The notes under the pieces: generated by a model | What the model saw: the letters and a program-made list of their open reading frames with translations, nothing else | Told to the model about the DNA's origin: nothing | The model's database searches: none | Part shown: piece by piece, positions 61,581-64,000 of the stretch | How the letters are laid out: each line of letters starts with the position of its first letter | Numbering within the stretch: position 1 is the first letter of the stretch | Translations under genes and position numbers: made by a program | Source of the DNA: an uncultured bacterium | Lineage (GTDB): Bacteria > Zixibacteria > MSB-5A5 > GN15 > FEB-12 | Reading direction: 5' to 3' | NCBI GenBank assembly: GCA_965372795.1 | Contig: CBDVDR010000016.1 | Span: forward strand, 19,119-83,118 | DNA: 64,000 nt

Positions 61581-61884
61581 GTCTTGAACTGGATTCCCAT
61601 ACTCCAATAAATTAGAATATTTATACCACCAACAAGCTATGTGAGTATTGATACTGTTTAATTAGCTATGTTTTTTATATCAAAATTTATCAGAACAAGA
61701 TGACATTATATCTTTTACGTAATCCATATTATGGATTTTTTTAGTCTATATTTTAGTTGTATATCAACACCTTTGACTATAACTTACGTTTCATATATAA
61801 TATGGCTGACTGCATTTATTTATCCAAGGATTCAACAACCTGCATAATTTCAGAATTAATAATTTTAACGTAAAGGGAAAAGAT

Positions 61885-62196
61885 ATGATTAAAGTTAGTG
61901 TTCTCTATCCTAATAGCCCGGATGATAATTTTAATTTAACTTATTATCGAGATAACCATATTCCTATGGTTCAAGGGAAACTCGGAGCAGCTTGTAAGAA
62001 AATTACGGTAGAGCAGGGTTTGAGCGGGGCAATGCCTGGCTCTGATGCAACATATATTGTTATGGGAAATCTATATTTTGATTCTATAGAAAATTTCCAG
62101 TCAGCCTTTGGACCACATGCAGAAGCAATTATGAACGACATCCCAAATTACACGAATCAACAACCTGTTATTCAAATTAGTGAAGTGATAATTTAA
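61885..62196 (+). CDS. EthD family reductase-like protein
   Basis: MIKVSVLYP, YYRDNHIP, DIPNYTNQQPVIQISEV. Confidence 0.9.
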   Translation: MIKVSVLYPNSPDDNFNLTYYRDNHIPMVQGKLGAACKKITVEQGLSGAMPGSDATYIVMGNLYFDSIENFQSAFGPHAEAIMNDIPNYTNQQPVIQISEVII

Positions 62197-62492
62197 ATTA
62201 CTCTCTTTGATGATTTGTAACAGACAAACTTGAATAAGGATCAGAACTTAATCTGATCAATCTTACAATTATAAATTGAAATACAAACGTAATTATAATG
62301 ACAATGGTTGTTTTTAATTTAAATATTGAGTTTGAAACAATCGCTTTTTGATCTTATCCACTTTATATTACATTTATTACAAATACAAATTTAATAATGC
62401 AATTTCACACTGATTGCTCCTCTACTTATATTTACATAACATTGTCTGCTTTCTTTGTAATAGCAAAATTCGAATAAAACTTCAATATATTT

Positions 62493-62526
62493 AAAAAAAA
62501 AGGCTCCAGGAATGCTGGAGCCTTTT
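62493..62526. terminator. Bidirectional intrinsic terminator
   Basis: aaaaggctccag-gaatg-ctggagcctttt. Confidence 0.8.
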
Positions 62527-62549
62527 GATGATTTATTGTTCAATTCAAT

Positions 62550-64000
62550 CTATTTCATACCAAAATTTGTCTTGGAATTAATGCTATTCTGATTTGCCAG
62601 CTTGGTAACCAGAGTTTTCAATTCTGTAATTTCAGTCTGCATTGATTTAATTGTAGTTTGTTGTTCTTTTGAGGCTTCGATCAACAAAGCTACCAGTCGT
62701 GAATAATCGACAGACTTGGCATCAATGCCATTTTCCTCATAGGTAACAATCTCAGGAATTACTTCGCCGACTTCCTCGGCAATCAAACCAATATCATGTT
62801 TCCCGTCGGCTTTCCAGTCATATTCGACACCGCGTAATTGTTGAACTTTATCTAAAGCGTTATTAATAGTGTTAATATTTTCCTTCCACCGGCGTGAACT
62901 ATACAACGTCCAGGCATCCGCAATAGGATCAGTAAATGAACCTTGGACTACCTGTAGGATGGAGGTTGGATTGGTTAAACCAATTCCGACATTACCATCA
63001 ACTGACAGATCCATCGTTCCATCGGCACCGGCATCACCTATGACGACACTGCTTGGCAACATTCCCGTACCAACGTTACTTGTCGTAACTCTTATATTTC
63101 CACCGTTGCCCCCATAACTTCCACCGCCGCCTCTTTGAATGACGACTGATGAATCACTCAGCGAATCAACTATTGAAACAACACCGGGAGTAATAGAAGT
63201 CTTGGTACTGGCTCCAACTGTTCGTCCACCTTCACGAATTGCCCTCGCAATTTCCATTCGATCCGGATTGAGGGTGAATTCATATCTCTCTGTCGAACCA
63301 TCGCCGGTATCCTGATCTTCTGTCATTAACAATAAAGGAGTTCCGTTTTCAATACTCAAACCAATCAAACCACTATCGTTTAAAGTTGAATCTATTAATA
63401 TTAAACTAACCGATGAACTGGTACTTAAAGCTTCCAGTGCCCGCTTGGCATCCGCCTTGCTTAAACATCGAAACAAGGCACTATCACCGCTAACCCTCAT
63501 ATCGAGCAACCCGTCATCATCCGTGTCTTCATCAAGCCTTCTCAAAGTAAAACTACCGCCGGTAGTGTCATTCAAAACGATATCAGCCGACAACTGAATA
63601 GTTGCTCCGGTCTGCGGATTACGACCGGTACGTGCTGCTCGACGACTAATGCTTGCCGTTCCTACACGATCCTCAATATTGGATGCTATGGCATCAATAA
63701 GTTCAGCTTTATTCATATAAAGAGCAGTACCAGTTGCGTCATTTTGAACCGAAAAAGCAGAATCACCTACCTCAATTCTGGCAAAATCAGGATCGCCAAA
63801 AAGACCAACCATGGTCGTTGTATCCAAGCCACCATTAGAGATTTTCAAAACAGTAACATGACCTTCATTGTCGACAAAATTTACAGCATTTGATACAACA
63901 ATATCACCACCAGGTGAGCTGCCACTACCATCACCTAAATCCATCCTGGCAAAATCAGGATCGCCAAAAAGACCAACCATGGTCGTTGTATCCAAGCCAC
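62550..64000 (-). CDS. Large fibre-like protein with C-terminal S74 intramolecular-chaperone domain (5' truncated by the window), containing HU- and EF-Tu-like peptides
   Basis: GNVGIG..P, SSRRWKENI, IGLIAEEV, VDYSRLVALLIEA plus coiled coil; frame open to the window edge. Confidence 0.8.
   Translation of the reverse strand, partial: GLDTTTMVGLFGDPDFARMDLGDGSGSSPGGDIVVSNAVNFVDNEGHVTVLKISNGGLDTTTMVGLFGDPDFARIEVGDSAFSVQNDATGTALYMNKAELIDAIASNIEDRVGTASISRRAARTGRNPQTGATIQLSADIVLNDTTGGSFTLRRLDEDTDDDGLLDMRVSGDSALFRCLSKADAKRALEALSTSSSVSLILIDSTLNDSGLIGLSIENGTPLLLMTEDQDTGDGSTERYEFTLNPDRMEIARAIREGGRTVGASTKTSITPGVVSIVDSLSDSSVVIQRGGGGSYGGNGGNIRVTTSNVGTGMLPSSVVIGDAGADGTMDLSVDGNVGIGLTNPTSILQVVQGSFTDPIADAWTLYSSRRWKENINTINNALDKVQQLRGVEYDWKADGKHDIGLIAEEVGEVIPEIVTYEENGIDAKSVDYSRLVALLIEASKEQQTTIKSMQTEITELKTLVTKLANQNSINSKTNFGMK

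Noticed and set aside
63429..63716. A functional hup (HU) gene
   Set aside because: Fragments are short, out of order and embedded in an unrelated frame.

Overview
AT-rich bacterial chromosomal segment. The gene styles (Hanks kinase-TPR proteins, secreted QIPQxINYQG-type proteins, multiheme cytochromes) suggest an FCB-related anaerobe such as Zixibacteria; this is an inference only. 1-19.3 kb: mostly housekeeping genes (lpxH, tpx, MFS, M3 peptidase), plus a tandem-HTH/degenerate LeuC fusion, a small TIR plus channel-like defence islet, and a DUF3179 selenoprotein split at an in-frame UGA with a SECIS-like hairpin. 19.5-46.3 kb: tRNA-Val and tRNA-Asp, then a large serine recombinase whose stop codon lies inside tRNA-Asp. 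This is followed by a ~10.8 kb element and a tandem array of recombinase-less gene blocks. The blocks are separated by about ten same-orientation att-like scars. Most scars end in a variant of the tRNA-Asp 3' end, and most read on the minus strand as a recombinase-like C-terminal tail in the recombinase's frame, giving an integron-like accretion hotspot. 47-60.7 kb: an OmcS-type cytochrome nanowire gene with a Geobacter-like biogenesis cluster (26-, 16-, 7- and 6-heme cytochromes). The last, truncated ORF is an S74-chaperone protein carrying short, shuffled peptides of HU and EF-Tu.
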